Part shown: positions 48,475-61,470 of the stretch, in pieces
Numbering within the stretch: position 1 is the stretch's first letter
How the letters are laid out: each line of letters starts with the position of its first letter
The notes under the pieces: model-generated
What the model saw: the letters and a program-made list of their open reading frames with translations, nothing else
What the model was told of the DNA's origin: nothing
Database searches by the model: none
Translations under genes and position numbers: made by a program
Origin: Macrostomum lignano
Taxonomy: Eukaryota
Direction of reading: 5' to 3'
NCBI GenBank assembly: GCA_002269645.1
Contig: NIVC01001757.1
Coordinates: forward strand, 87,320-151,319
Length of the DNA: 64,000 bases

Positions 48475-48956
48475 TCCCGATAGCCCCAGATCCTGCAGCC
48501 GAACTGGATGGAGGCGCCGCTGCCCTGGACGCAGCCGAAGCCCGAGGTGCTGGCGGTATACGCGAATGGTTTCACATTGCCGTCCGTTGCGCCTTGATGT
48601 CGTTAATCATTTTCTATTATAGTTCGGCTGGCAAAGCAATCAGCGCTTTCGCTATATTCTTTGTTATGCAAGTCATTCAGGCTGGGTTTTTGCACCGGCT
48701 GTTTGTGAGAAATCCAGCCGCTGCTGAAGCGGCCGCGCCTCCAGCAGCCGCTCAAGCTGAGGTCATCGAGCCCGACGCTGCCGGTGCGCCGTCGGAATCT
48801 GGCGCTCCGCAAGAGGCGCCGGCCCCAGCGCCACCGCAGCGCGCCGCCACTCTAACAGAAACTTTGGCGGCCTTTTTGGACGCTCTGCTAACGACGCTTG
48901 TGGCCTTCATCACTTCGCTGGTGCCGGAGCGGCCGCCTCCGTTGGCTAATCAATAA
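48015..48956 (+). CDS. HERPUD: HERP/HERPUD1-2-like ER membrane protein with N-terminal ubiquitin-like domain, 313 aa, single exon
   Basis: The N-terminal UBL (RDVSISCQTSWRVSELKQHLSQVYPGRPAADTQRIVYAGRLL...VVHLV) parallels HERPUD1 (WSVGHLKAHLSRVYPERPRPEDQRLIYSGKLL...VLHLV). A hydrophobic hairpin follows, and the C-terminus FITSLVPERPPPLAN matches the HERP end (FFASLLPEGPPAIAN). Good start context (GCCATGG). AATAAA overlaps the stop, with another near 49023. Confidence 0.9.
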
Positions 48957-50119
48957 ATGAATTATTGATTTCTATAATGGTGATTTTATTGCCGCATGAC
49001 TCATTTTCGAAGTTGCTGCGTCAAATAAAAATATATTTTTGCGCCAAATTTTCAAGGACGACTCCTTAAGTGAAAAACTGGACTCATGCATATAACAAAG
49101 TTTCATGTAAGCAGAGTCCAGTTTTTCTACTTTTAGTAGTACTTGAAAGTTTTAAACGCAAAAAAATAATTGCACTTTTATTTGATAAATTTAATTTCTT
49201 TTTTTTTAAACTCGCGCAAAAATCGTTTTTCACGAACTACGAGAAGTTTTAGCGCGAATTTAATTTAAAATAAAATTTTATTAAACGAAAGTACTTCTTT
49301 GTCGTACAATATTAAATAGAGGAGTAGCTGATTAATTGTTAAATCGTTTGATTAATTCTGTCAATAAGTTCATCAATGCTTTTTGCAATTTTGAGTATTG
49401 GATCGGAGAGAAATATTGTATGTACATTTATTTTTTTATATTATTAAAGCTAAACCAAACCTGCCCTCACAAGCAGATAGACAGTGGATAGTCAGACTGT
49501 AAGCTAAACTCACACAAACCGCTAATATGTAAATCCAGATTTTTTGTTTAAATCGCTTTCCCATGCACGCTAATTTGATTTTGTATTTTAGTAGCAAATG
49601 TCTATCTATTACAATATTACCGGTTTTCTAGTTTTGCGTGTGTGTGTGTGTGTGTGGTTCAAGTTGGTTTTGCTTTTATCCTGGTGTCGCTGGGATATGG
49701 AACTCGCTATGCACTGATAATATGCATTATTGAGACCAGCACTTATAGGGAAATCAATACTGAGGAGTCTGGTAGGTGTCCAGATAATATATAATAACCT
49801 TTTTTACGTGACTCTTTGACTTGGGTTTTGACTTTAATGAAACTGCATTCATCAATTTGCCATAATTTTGCCCTTTGAAAAGAAACGCAGAGAGTACAGG
49901 GTGTACTTTCTATGTACTTTTAGTTTTTTTCGGACGCGCTCCGAAATAAATCGATGGCGGTTGTTGCAGCAATGCTCTATGCCTCTTCTGTTAAAAGTTT
50001 TTTGTTTTTGTGTACAAACAATGTTTCTGTTTGGTGCCATTCTATTGTTGGTTATTTAATCATTCTTAAGCCACACGACATGATTGCAGTCTTTGTATAC
50101 CTTACTCGATATCCGAAAT

Positions 50120-51245
50120 CAGACACAACAGCCAGGTGTGACACTCACCCAACTGTACATCAGGCACTCAACAGCCAGGTGTGACACTCACCCAACTGTA
50201 CATCAGGCACTCAACAGCCAGGTGTGACACTCACCCAACTGTACATCAGGCACTCAACAGCCAGGTGTGACACTCACCCAACTGTACATCAGGCACTCAA
50301 CAGCCAGGTGTGACACACTCACCCAACTGTACATCAGACATGACACACTCACCCAACTGTACATCAGACACTCAACAGCCAGGTGTGACACACTCACCCA
50401 ACTGTACATCAGACACTCAACAGCCAGGTGTGACACACTCACCCAACTGGACATCAGACATGACACACTCACCCAACTGTACATCAGACACTCAACAGCC
50501 AGGTGTGACACACTCACCAAACTGTACATCAGACACTCAACAGCCAGGTGTGACACACTCACCCAACTGTACATCAGGCACTCAACAGCCAGGTGTGACA
50601 CACTCACCCAACTGTACATCAGACATGACACACTCACCCAACTGTACATCAGACACTCAACAGCCAGGTGTGACACACTCACCCAACTGTACATCAGACA
50701 CTCAACAGCCAGGTGTGACACACTCACCCAACTGGACATCAGACATGACACACTCACCCAACTGTACATCAGACACTCAACAGCCAGGTGTGACACACTC
50801 ACCAAACTGTACATCAGACACTCAACAGCCAGGTGTGACACACTCACCCAACTGTACATCAGACACTCAACAGCCAGGTGTGACACACTCACCCAACTGT
50901 ACATCAGACACTCAACAGCCAGGTGTGACACACTTACCCAACTGTACATCAGACACTCAACAGCCAGGTGTGACACACTCACCCAACTGTACATCAGACA
51001 CTCACCCAACTGTACATCAGACACTCACCCAACTGTACATCAGACACTCAGCAGCCAGGTGTGACACACTCACCCAACTGTACATCAGACACTCAACAGC
51101 CAGGTGTGACACACTCACCCAACTGTACATCAGACACTCACCCAACTGTACATCAGACACTCACCCAACTGTACATCAGACACTCACCCAACTGTACATC
51201 AGACACTCACCCAACTGTACATCAGACACTCACCCAACTGTAAAC
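50120..51245. repeat. Minisatellite with 45/43/30/23-bp unit variants around the core CACTCACCCAACTGTACATCAGA
   Basis: Tandem array; the diagnostic ACTGG variant recurs at 50450 and 50735, a 285-bp higher-order duplication. Confidence 0.96.
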
Positions 51246-51878
51246 CAGACAAAAAATTCAATAAAGTAAAGCATGATATGCATTTATGAGTATGAAACTG
51301 TTTTTGGGTGAAACGAGGGTTAAAAAATATTTAAAATTGGAACACGAATCTTTTTGAAACTGGCTGTAGTATCTTTGCATAAACAGCATTTCACATAAGC
51401 TAATGTAAAAAGCAAAGGAGTGGATTAATTTATTTATTCGCATTTTTTAAAAGATTATCATCATTGTCATGATCAATTTAAAGTCCGAAGTCCATAGTTC
51501 ATGCCATTAAAGTACGCAGCATCACTAATGCAGTATATATTTGCAGAGAGAAAAAAGTACATTTGCAAAGAGTTTTATTAGTCTTGTTAAAGCAGCCAAT
51601 GTACATTGACTCCCCACCCCCAACCCCACAGAGCAAGAGTGTACATTGACTGCCAGTTTTTTGCATCAATTGGCGACTGGGGAGGCGGCAGTGCAGGGTT
51701 TGACCAGTATAAACTGGCAAAAAACAACTTACTGTGGGTGCCAGGGTGCAACTGCTTCAGGTCAGGCTCTCGCCATGCGTATATATTTATGTAGGGAGAG
51801 CCTTACAGCTTAGATAATACAATACTGGCTTCAACAAGCTGAAGGTTAGATTGTTGTTGGAACTGTCATACACTGTAA

Positions 51879-54800
51879 ATGGGTAAGATTCAATTTCTAA
51901 TTGATTTAATATGATCGGTATAATATCGCTTCTTATAGAAGTACATGTAATTTGAAGGTGTAGCTACTGTAGCATCAGCATGTTCCAACTCCTTTTACGG
52001 AAGTTGTCAAAGCAAAAATATTTCGGTTCATTTGCTAATGAACTTCATTTGCTTCGGTTCATGTCTTCATTTGCTAAGAAATGTTTCAGTTTCTAAGGGA
52101 AAATGCTCAGTTGCTAAGGGAAATATGTCTCAATTGCTAAGGGAAAAAATGTCTCTGTTGCTAAGGGAAAATGTCTCTGTTGCTAAGGGAAATATGTCTC
52201 AATTGCTAAGGGAAAAATGTCTCTGTTGCTAACGGAAATATGTCTCAGTTGCTAAGGTAAATATGTCTCAGTTGCTAAGGTAAATATGTCTCAGTTGCTA
52301 AGGGAAAATGTCTCAGTTGCTAAGGGAAAAATGTCTCAGTTGCTATTGGAAAATGTCTCTGTTGCTAAGGAAAAATGTCTCAGTTGCTAAGGTAAATATG
52401 TCTCAGTTGCTAAGGGAAAATGTCTCAGTTGCTAAGGGAAAAATGTCTCAGTTGCTATTGGAAAATGTCTCTGTTGCTAAGGAAAAATGTCTCAGTTGCT
52501 AAGGTAAATATGTCTCAGTTGCTAAGGGAAATATGTCTCAGTTGCTAAGGTAAATATGTCTCAATCGTAAGGGAGAAATGTGTCAGTTGCTAAGGGAAGA
52601 TGTCTCAATTGCTAAGGTGGAATGTTTCAGTAATCACTAGGCGGAACTGTCTCCGTTACTACAATATCTAGAACACAGCAAGCTACCAGACAAGCCAGTC
52701 GAGCCAAAAAGCCAAAACAATTTCTTTGTCAGATTCATCAGAACCAGCAGATTCAGTCGAGTATGGCTTGCTGGCTTCTAGTAGCAGCAGCAGCAGCAGA
52801 AGCAGTACAGAAGAAGTGCAACAGCCGGAACAGCAAGAGAAGGACTATTCGATTAGCATCAGGGAGAACTGCCTATTGGATAAATCTATTGATCCACCAG
52901 AGACTGCCGCTGATCTAAGTCGTATTGAAGCTGCAGCTTCCAATGGTTGCGCTGCAGTGCCTGGCAAATCCGTTTCCGTGAGTGAATGTACATGTACATG
53001 CATGCGCACTTTTAGAGGCGTGGTCAGGGGGCAGAGGGGCTGTGGCCCGCCACATAGTCTGGCAAAATTATAATTTTTTGATGGCTAAAGCCCCTTGGTG
53101 CTGGCGCCATCAAAAGTGCTGGCGCCCCTTGGTGCTGGCGCCCCTTAATTGGTGCTGGCGCCCCTTAATTGGTGCTGGCGCCCCTTAATTGGTGCTGGCG
53201 CCCCTTAATTGGTGCTGGCGCCCCTTAATTGGTGCTGGCGCCCCTTAATTGGTGCTGGCGCCCCTTGGTGCTGGCGCCCCTTGGTGCTGGCGCCCCTTGG
53301 TGCTGGCGCCCCTTGGTGCTGGCGCCCCTTGGTGCTGGCGCCCCTTGGTGCTGGCGCCCCTTGGTGCTGGCGCCCCTTGGTGCTGGCGCCCCTTGGTGCT
53401 GGCGCCCCTTGGTGCTGGCGCCCCTTGGTGCTGGCGCCCCTTGGTGCTGGCGCCCCTTGGTGCTGGCGCCCCTTGGTGCTGGCGCCCCTTGGTGCTGGCG
53501 CCCCTTGGTGCTGGCGCCCCTTGGTGCTGGCGCCCCTTGGTGCTGGCGCCCCTTGGTGCTGGCGCCCCTTGGTGCTGGCGCCCCTTGGTGCTGGCGCCCC
53601 TTGGTGCTGGCGCCCCTTGGTGCTGGCGCCCCTTGGTGCTGGCGCCCCTTGGTGCTGGCGCCCCTTGGTGCTGGCGCCCCTTGGTGCTGGCGCCCCTTGG
53701 TGCTGGCGCCCCTTGGTGCTAAAGCCCCTTGGTGCTAAAGCCCCTTGATGCTAAAGCCCCTTGGTGCTAAAGCCCCTTGGTGCTAAAGCCCCTTGGTGCT
53801 AAATCCCCAAGGTGCTGGCGCCCCTTGGTGCTAAATCCCCAAGGTGCTGGCGCCCCTTGGTGCTAAAGCCCCTTGGTGCTGGCGCCCCTTGGTGCTAAAG
53901 CCCCTTGGTGCTAAAGCCCCTTGGTGCTAAAGCCCCTTGGTGCTAAAGCCCCTTGGTGCTAAAGCCCCTTGGTGCTAAAGCCCCTTGGTGCTAAAGCCCC
54001 TTGGTGCTAAAGCCCCTTGGTGCTGGCGCCCCTTGGTGGTAAAGCCCCTTGGTGCTAAAGCCCCTTGGTGCGAAAGCCTTGGTGCTGGCGCCCCTTGGTG
54101 CTGGCACGGTGCTGGCGCCCCTTGGTGCTGGCACGGTGCTGGCGCCCCTTGGTGCTGGCGCCACCTATGATTGCGCCCCCGATGCACCCCATCGCATTGT
54201 AAAGCATTAAATATATCCATATGCTGAGAACTGCGCAAATCACTGCAAGATTTTTTTCTTCAAACGCTTTACATTCTACTAGTCAGTAGACGAACTCCTA
54301 CAGACTGGCGAAAATATTTTTATTAAAATAAAAACCAGATGCGATCGGTGCTGCGCCGGCACTGGGCGCCGCTGCTGTTCATGTGGCTCGCCCATGCCGC
54401 CACCGGAGCGGCCAACGCTCTGCCCGGCGGCTGCCTGCTGGTCCTGGCCAGCCGAGTCGGCGCCAGTCTCCGCGTCATGGGTCTCTGGTTCACCGTCAAA
54501 TCGGCCGCCGCTTGCCTACTCGCTATAGTCACCGGATTCGCTATTCCTTGGCTGCCAAAGTCCAGGCAGAGGCTGGGCTTCTTAGTGGCGGCAAATCTAA
54601 TCTGCGCTGCCGCTCTGCTGGCGTTGCCGATGGCGCGGAGTCTGTGGACATCGCTGACGCTGTCCGGGGTACTGGGCGCTGGCCAGAGCGCGCTTGAGAC
54701 TGGTGAGATGGAACTCGGTTAAAGTTTGAATTGCGAGTTATATCGGAGGATTTTCAGGTCAGTTAGGGTGATAATATTTAAGGTCAGGGAGGGTGAGGAT

Positions 54801-57800
54801 ATTTAAGGTCAGGGAAGGTGAGAATATTTAAGGTCAGGGAAGGTGAGGATATTTAAGGTCAGGGAGGGTGAGAATATTAAGGTCAGGGAGGCAAGGATAT
54901 TTAAGGTCAGGGAGGGTGAGGATATTTAAGGTCAGGGAAGGTGAGGATATTTAAGGTCAGGGAGGGTGAGAATATTTAAGGTCAGGGAAGGTGAGGATAT
55001 TTAAGGTCAGGGAGGGTGAGGATATTTAAGGTCAGGGAGGGTGGGATATTTAAGTTCAGGGATGGTGAGGATATCTATAAGGTGAAGGAGGGTGAGGATG
55101 GTTAAGGTCATGTAGGGCGCAGATTACTAGTTCAGTGAATCCCGATGACATTAAAAAGTCAAAGAGCCTTTGAATTCGAGTTCAGGGAGGGTCAGATCGA
55201 TGCCGGCAGTGGGTGACTCTTCGCATGAGGGTCCACACTTATTCGGTGCTTGTGCAAGAAATTTGGCAGGGCCGGTGCGATTCACGCTCGTCAAGGCCAA
55301 CCCCAAAGCACAGGAAGAGTTTATGTCTGACGCAAATATTAGGAGGCTGGTTTTACTGAAAAAACACACTACAGAGACTGGAGGTTTTCATTTTTCAGCG
55401 CAAATATTGTTAATTGCTTTTGATCGCAGGCAGACCCAATGTTCATCTTTTGATATGTTGTGCCTTTTTGTAGCTCTAATGATACTCTATTGATATTACT
55501 GATATATGAAATGCGTTTAGAAAATAAGGATTCTATATTAATTTTTAGCCTACACACACGTCATTCAAATTAAGTCATATCAAACGAAGAACATTGGGTC
55601 TGCCTCCAATCAAAAGCAATTACAAATTTTCTAAGTCAGAATCAATGTACACCCCTGTATGAGAGTTGTGACAAAAGTACATAAATTCTGAACTCCTGAC
55701 AGCTTAGGTCCAATGTCACGTGACCGACCCGCAGCCGACGGCATTCTGGTCATCGTGCTATTCGGCTCGCAGCACTCCCGCCCGGTGCTGCAGTCTCTGC
55801 ACCTGGCCGTGGCCTTGGGCGCTGTCTCCGCCCCGGCGCTGCTGCACCAGTTTCGCAACTGGCAACCGCCAGCGGCGGAAAGCCCACCGTTTCCTGTCGA
55901 CATTGCCGCCACCGAAGACACAGCTAACTCAACCCTGGACAGTCTTCGTCCCAGCCTCTGTCAAGCTCCATCATCAGACCCAGAAGCTGTATTTAACTCA
56001 ACAGTTGACTCTCTGACGAACAACTACACGCAATCCAGCACTGCCAGCAGCGTCAGCAGATCGCAGCCGGCTCTGCACCTACCAATATTTGCACCATTCG
56101 CTGTGGTGCACGCTGCTCAAGCTCTGGCGGCTGTGGGCTTTCTCGCACTGCTGGCCTGTCGACACCGACTTGTGCCGCCTGCGACTCCGCAGCCGCCTGC
56201 GACAATCAAGACTGAATTACATGTAGCTGTCGTGGAAGTGGAAGTTCTACTACCAGCGAGTATCGCTAGCAAGCCCGGGTCGCTGCCGCTCTGGCGACGT
56301 CGCCTCCTGGTAGCCCTGACTGTCGCCTTCTATTTCTGCTTTGTCGGAGTTGAAAACGTGTTTTGGTCGTTTATCAGTGCCTACGGAGTGTGCAGCCGGC
56401 TGCGCCTGACTTCGCTGAATGCGGCCTTCTTTGCCGGCTTTCTGGCCGGCCGCTGCCTTGGCGTGGCGCTGGCTCGGTGCGTGCGGCCTACGACTCTGCT
56501 GCTGGCGGATCTGGCCGCCTGCCAGGTCGGAGTCTTGGTTTTTATGTCCGCTGTCTGGCGCTTGGGGGCACCGGCATTGCTTTGTAGTTCTAGACTCACT
56601 GAATCAACTCATGTTTGCCATCGCCATTCACTCCCTGAAGCTTAGAGACACCCTCATTCACTCCCTGAAGCTTAAGGAAACTCTCATTCACTCCCTGAAG
56701 CTTAGGGACTGTCATTCACTCCATGATGCCTAGGGACACTGTCATTCACTCCCTGAAGCTTAGTGGACACTGTCATTCACTCCCTGAAGCTTAGTGGACA
56801 CTGTCATTCACTCCCTGAAGCTTAGGGACACTGTCATTCACTCCCTGAAGCTTAAGGAAACTCTCATTCACTCCCTGAAGCTTAGGGACTGTCATTCACT
56901 CCATGATGCTTAGGGACACTGTCATTCACTCCCTGAAGCTTAGTGGACACTGTCATTCACTCCCTGAAGCTTAGTGGACACTGTCATTCACTCCCTGAAG
57001 CTTAGTGGACACTGTCATTCACTCCCTGAAGCTTAGTGGACACTGTCATTCACTCCCTGAAGCTTAGTGGACACTGTCATTCACTTCATGATGCCTAGAG
57101 ACACTGTCATTCACTCCCTGAAGCTTAGGGACACTGTCATTCACTCCCTGAAGCTTAAGGAAACTCTCATTCACTCCCTGAAGCTTAAGGAAACTCTCAT
57201 TCACTCCCTGAAGCTTAGGGACTGTCATTCACTCCATGATGCCTAGGGACACTGTCATTCACTCCCTGAAGCTTAGTGGACACTGTCATTCACTTCATGA
57301 TGCCTAGGGACACTGTCATTCACTCCCTGAAGCTTAAGGAAACTCTCATTCACTCCCTGAAGCTTAAGGAAACTCTCATTCACTCCCTGAAGCTTAGGGA
57401 CTGTCATTCACTCCATGATGCCTAGGGACACTGTCATTCACTCCCTGAAGCTTAGTGGACACTGTCATTCACTTCATGATGCCTAGGGACACTGTCATTC
57501 ACTCCCTGAAGCTTAGGGACACTGTCATTCACTCCCTGAAGCTTAAGGAAACTCTCATTCACTCCCTGAAGCTTAGGGACTGTCATTCACTCCATGATGC
57601 CTAGGGACACTGTCATTCACTCCCTGAAGCTTAGGGACTGTCATTCACTCCCTGAAGCTTAGGGACTGTCATTCACTCCCTGAAGCTTAGTGGACACTGT
57701 CATTCACTCCCTGAAGCTTAGGGACACTCTCATTCACTTCATGATGCCTAGGGACACTGTCATTCACTCACTGAAGCTTAGGGACACTGTCATTCACTCA

Positions 57801-60246
57801 CTGAAGCTTAGGGACACTCTCATTCACTTCATGATGCCTAGGGACACTGTCATTCATTCCCTGAAGCTTAGTGGACACTGTCATTCACTCCCTGAAGCTT
57901 AGTGGACACTGTCATTCACTTCATGATGCCTAGGGACACTGTCATTCACTCCCTGAAGCTTAGGGACTGTCATTCACTCCCTGAAGCTTAGTGGACACTG
58001 TCATTCACTCCCTAAAGCTTAGGGACACTCTCATTCACTTCATGATGCCTAGGGACACTGTCATTCACTCCCTGAAGCTTAGGGACACTGTCATTCACTC
58101 CCTGAAGCTTAGGGACACTCTCATTCACTTCATGATGCCTAGGGACACTGTCATTCACTCACTGAAGCTTAGGGACACTGTCATTCACTCACTGAAGCTT
58201 AGGGACACTCTCATTCACTTCATGATGCCTAGGGACACTGTCATTCACTCCCTGAAGCTTAGGGACACTCTCATTCACTTCATGATGCCTAGGGACACTG
58301 TCATTCACTCACTGAAGCTTAGTGGACACTGTCATTCACTTCATGATGCCTAGAGACACTGTCATTCACTCCCTGAAGCTTAGGGACACTGTCATTCACT
58401 CCCTGAAGCTTAAGGAAACTCTCATTCACTCCCTGAAGCTTAAGGAAACTCTCATTCACTCCCTGGAGCTTAGGGACTGTCATTCACTCCATGATGCCTA
58501 GGGACACTGTCATTCACTCCCTGAAGCTTAGTGGACACTGTCATTCACTTCATGATGCCTAGGGACACTGTCATTCACTCCCTGAAGCTTAAGGAAACTC
58601 TCATTCACTCCCTGAAGCTTAAGGAAACTCTCATTCACTCCCTGAAGCTTAGGGACTGTCATTCACTCCATGATGCCTAGGGACACTGTCATTCACTCCC
58701 TGAAGCTTAGTGGACACTGTCATTCACTTCATGATGCCTAGGGACACTGTCATTCACTCCCTGAAGCTTAGGGACACTGTCATTCACTCCCTGAAGCTTA
58801 AGGAAACTCTCATTCACTCCCTGAAGCTTAGGGACTGTCATTCACTCCATGATGCCTAGGGACACTGTCATTCACTCCCTGAAGCTTAGGGACTGTCATT
58901 CACTCCCTGAAGCTTAGGGACTGTCATTCACTCCCTGAAGCTTAGTGGACACTGTCATTCACTCCCTGAAGCTTAGGGACACTCTCATTCACTTCATGAT
59001 GCCTAGGGACACTGTCATTCACTCACTGAAGCTTAGGGACACTGTCATTCACTCACTGAAGCTTAGGGACACTCTCATTCACTTCATGATGCCTAGGGAC
59101 ACTGTCATTCACTCCCTGAAGCTTAGTGGACACTGTCATTCACTCCCTGAAGCTTAGTGGACACTGTCATTCACTTCATGATGCCTAGGGACACTGTCAT
59201 TCACTCCCTGAAGCTTAGGGACTGTCATTCACTCCCTGAAGCTTAGTGGACACTGTCATTCACTCCCTAAAGCTTAGGGACACTCTCATTCACTTCATGA
59301 TGCCTAGGGACACTGTCATTCACTCCCTGAAGCTTAGGGACACTGTCATTCACTCCCTGAAGCTTAGGGACACTCTCATTCACTTCATGATGCCTAGGGA
59401 CACTGTCATTCACTCACTGAAGCTTAGGGACACTGTCATTCACTCACTGAAGCTTAGGGACACTCTCATTCACTTCATGATGCCTAGGGACACTGTCATT
59501 CACTCCCTGAAGCTTAGGGACACTCTCATTCACTTCATGATGCCTAGGGACACTGTCATTCACTCACTGAAGCTTAGGGACACTGTCATTCACTAACTGA
59601 AGCTTAGTGGACACTCTCATTCACTCACTGAAGCTTAGGGACACTCTCATTCACTCCCTGAAGCTTAGGGACACTGTCATTCACTCACTGAAGCTTAGGG
59701 ACACTGTCTTTCACTCTCATTGGAGCGTTTGGATATTATCGTTCACTTAACAATGTCATCGCCTTCAGAGTCACATTCGTGTTTACAGAAAGCTACGTGT
59801 ATACTCTGCTCTCATATGCAATTTTTAACTGCATCTTGATTACCTGTAAAATGTAAAAATATTTACTAGCATAATCCTCGCTCTGGAACTCCCTGCAGAT
59901 CTCCCTAGCAACGCTCTGCCTCCTGGCTGGCGACTTCTCGCTGGACGCCGGCGCCCCAGCCTGGCTGACGTCGGCCAGCACAGCGGCGTTCGGCCTAGCC
60001 GTCGCCAGCATCTACGCCGGCGGCATCTCCTGGCTGGAGGAGCGGCTTGATGTCACCGGGCCTCTGGCCTGCAGCTGGACCATCGGCAGCCAGTTGGGTG
60101 TCTCGGTGCTGCCAGCACTGGCCGGCCACCTGCTGATATCGCCAAGCGTCGGCCCGGCTGGAGTGCTCTACCTGGCTCTCGGCGGCTTCACCGCTGCCAC
60201 CGTCTGCTTCGCCGGCATGCTGACTGTGGCTCACGCCTGGCTGTGA
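51879..60246 (+). CDS. MFSD4: Major facilitator superfamily transporter, MFSD4A/MFSD4B (NaGLT1)-like, about 583 aa
   Basis: Hand-spliced exons (plus): 51879-51882 (ATGG only, tentative), 52733-52977, 54339-54702, 55735-56525, 59899-60246. GT-AG, phases 1,0,1,0, total 1752 nt. Motifs: LGAGQSALETADGILVIVLFG, PVLQSLHLAVALGAVSAPALL, FYFCFVGVENVFWSFISAY, AAFFAGFLAGR, FGLAVASIYAGGISWLEE, with many TM segments. An alternative same-phase acceptor lies at 55707. Confidence 0.82.
52085..52620. repeat. Minisatellite, about 23-bp unit ATGTCTCAGTTGCTAAGG(G/T)AAA
   Basis: In MFS intron 51883-52732. Confidence 0.92.
53085..54165. repeat. GC-rich minisatellite, 16-bp unit GGTGCTGGCGCCCCTT (20-bp and GGTGCTAAAGCCCCTT variants)
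   Basis: In MFS intron 52978-54338; 16-aa pseudo-ORF corresponds to 3 units. Confidence 0.97.
54760..55100. repeat. Minisatellite, 25-bp unit GGATATTTAAGGTCAGGGAGGGTGA
   Basis: In MFS intron 54703-55734. Confidence 0.92.
56625..59715. repeat. Minisatellite, 30-bp unit CACTGTCATTCACTCCCTGAAGCTTAGGGA, about 100 copies, with a 1255-bp higher-order duplication
   Basis: In MFS intron 56526-59898; matching pseudo-ORFs at 57690/58945 and 57991/59246. Confidence 0.97.
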
Positions 60247-60479
60247 CTATTGCGAGTAATATGTGTACATGTAGCATCTAAATTAGACTTCTGCTCAATC
60301 TGCTGTAGCTAATAGATTTCTAACTGTTGGAGCTAAATTTACTTCGAGTCTTTAAAAAGACATCGGTTGATCCAAGGAATCGATTGCTCAAACACTCGAC
60401 CTCCATCTCTGCTCCCATTCAATCGCTCAATCTCCACTTAATATATTCCAACCCTTAACATCATTTGATTCTCCCAAGC

Positions 60480-61470
60480 ACTTCCCACTGCACTCCCATT
60501 CTCCCAAATCTGTGATCCACACTCCCAGTTCTCCAAATCTGTGATCCCCACTCCCATATATCCCAAATTTGTGATCCCCACCCCTATTCTACAAAATATG
60601 TGATCCCCACTCCTAAATATCTCAAATCTGTGATCCCCACCCTCGAATATCCCAAATCTGTGATCACCACTCCCAAATATCCCAAAGCTGTGATCCCCAC
60701 TCCTAAATATCCCAAATCTGTGATCCCCACTCTCAAATACTCCAAATCTGTGATCCCCACTCTCAAATATCCCAAATCTGTGATTCCCATTTTAAATATC
60801 CCAAATCTGTGATCCCCACTCCTAAATATCCCCAATCTGTTATCCCAACTCCTAAATATCCCAAATCTGTGATCCCACTTCTAAATATCTCAAATCTGTG
60901 ATCCCCACTCCTAAATATCCCAAATCTGTGATCCCCACTTCTAAATATGCCAAAACTGTTATCCCCAATCTAAAATATCCCAAATCTGTGATCCCCACTC
61001 CTAAATATCCCAAATCTGTGATCCCCACTCCTAAATATCCCAAATCTGTGACCCCCACTCCTAAATATGCCAAATCTGTGATCCCCACTCCTAAATATCC
61101 CAAATCTGTGATCCCCACTCCTAAATATCCCAAATCTGTGACCCCCACTCCTAAATATGCCAAATCTGTGATCCCCACTCCTAAATATCCCAAATCTGTG
61201 ATCCCCACTCCTAAATATCCCAAATCTGTGATCCCCACTCCTAAATATCCCAAATCTGTGACCCCCACTCCTAAATATGCCAAATCTGTGATCCCCACTC
61301 CTAAATATCCCAAATCTGTGACCCCCACTCCTAAATAAGCCAAAACTGTGATCCCCACTCCTAAATATCCCAAATCTGTGATCCCCACTCCTAAATATCC
61401 CAAAATCTGTGATCCCCACTCCTAAATATCCCAAATCTGTGATCCCCACTCCTATATATCCCAAATCTGT
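60480..61470. repeat. Minisatellite, 30-bp unit TGATCCCCACTCCTAAATATCCCAAATCTG
   Basis: Tandem array downstream of the MFS stop. Confidence 0.96.

Noticed and set aside
52726-52728. TTG start proposed by the ORF track for the MFS gene (similar non-ATG starts at 16144, 1699, 23434)
   Set aside because: These positions are adjacent to splice acceptors or inside exons; the ORFs are internal exons of spliced genes.
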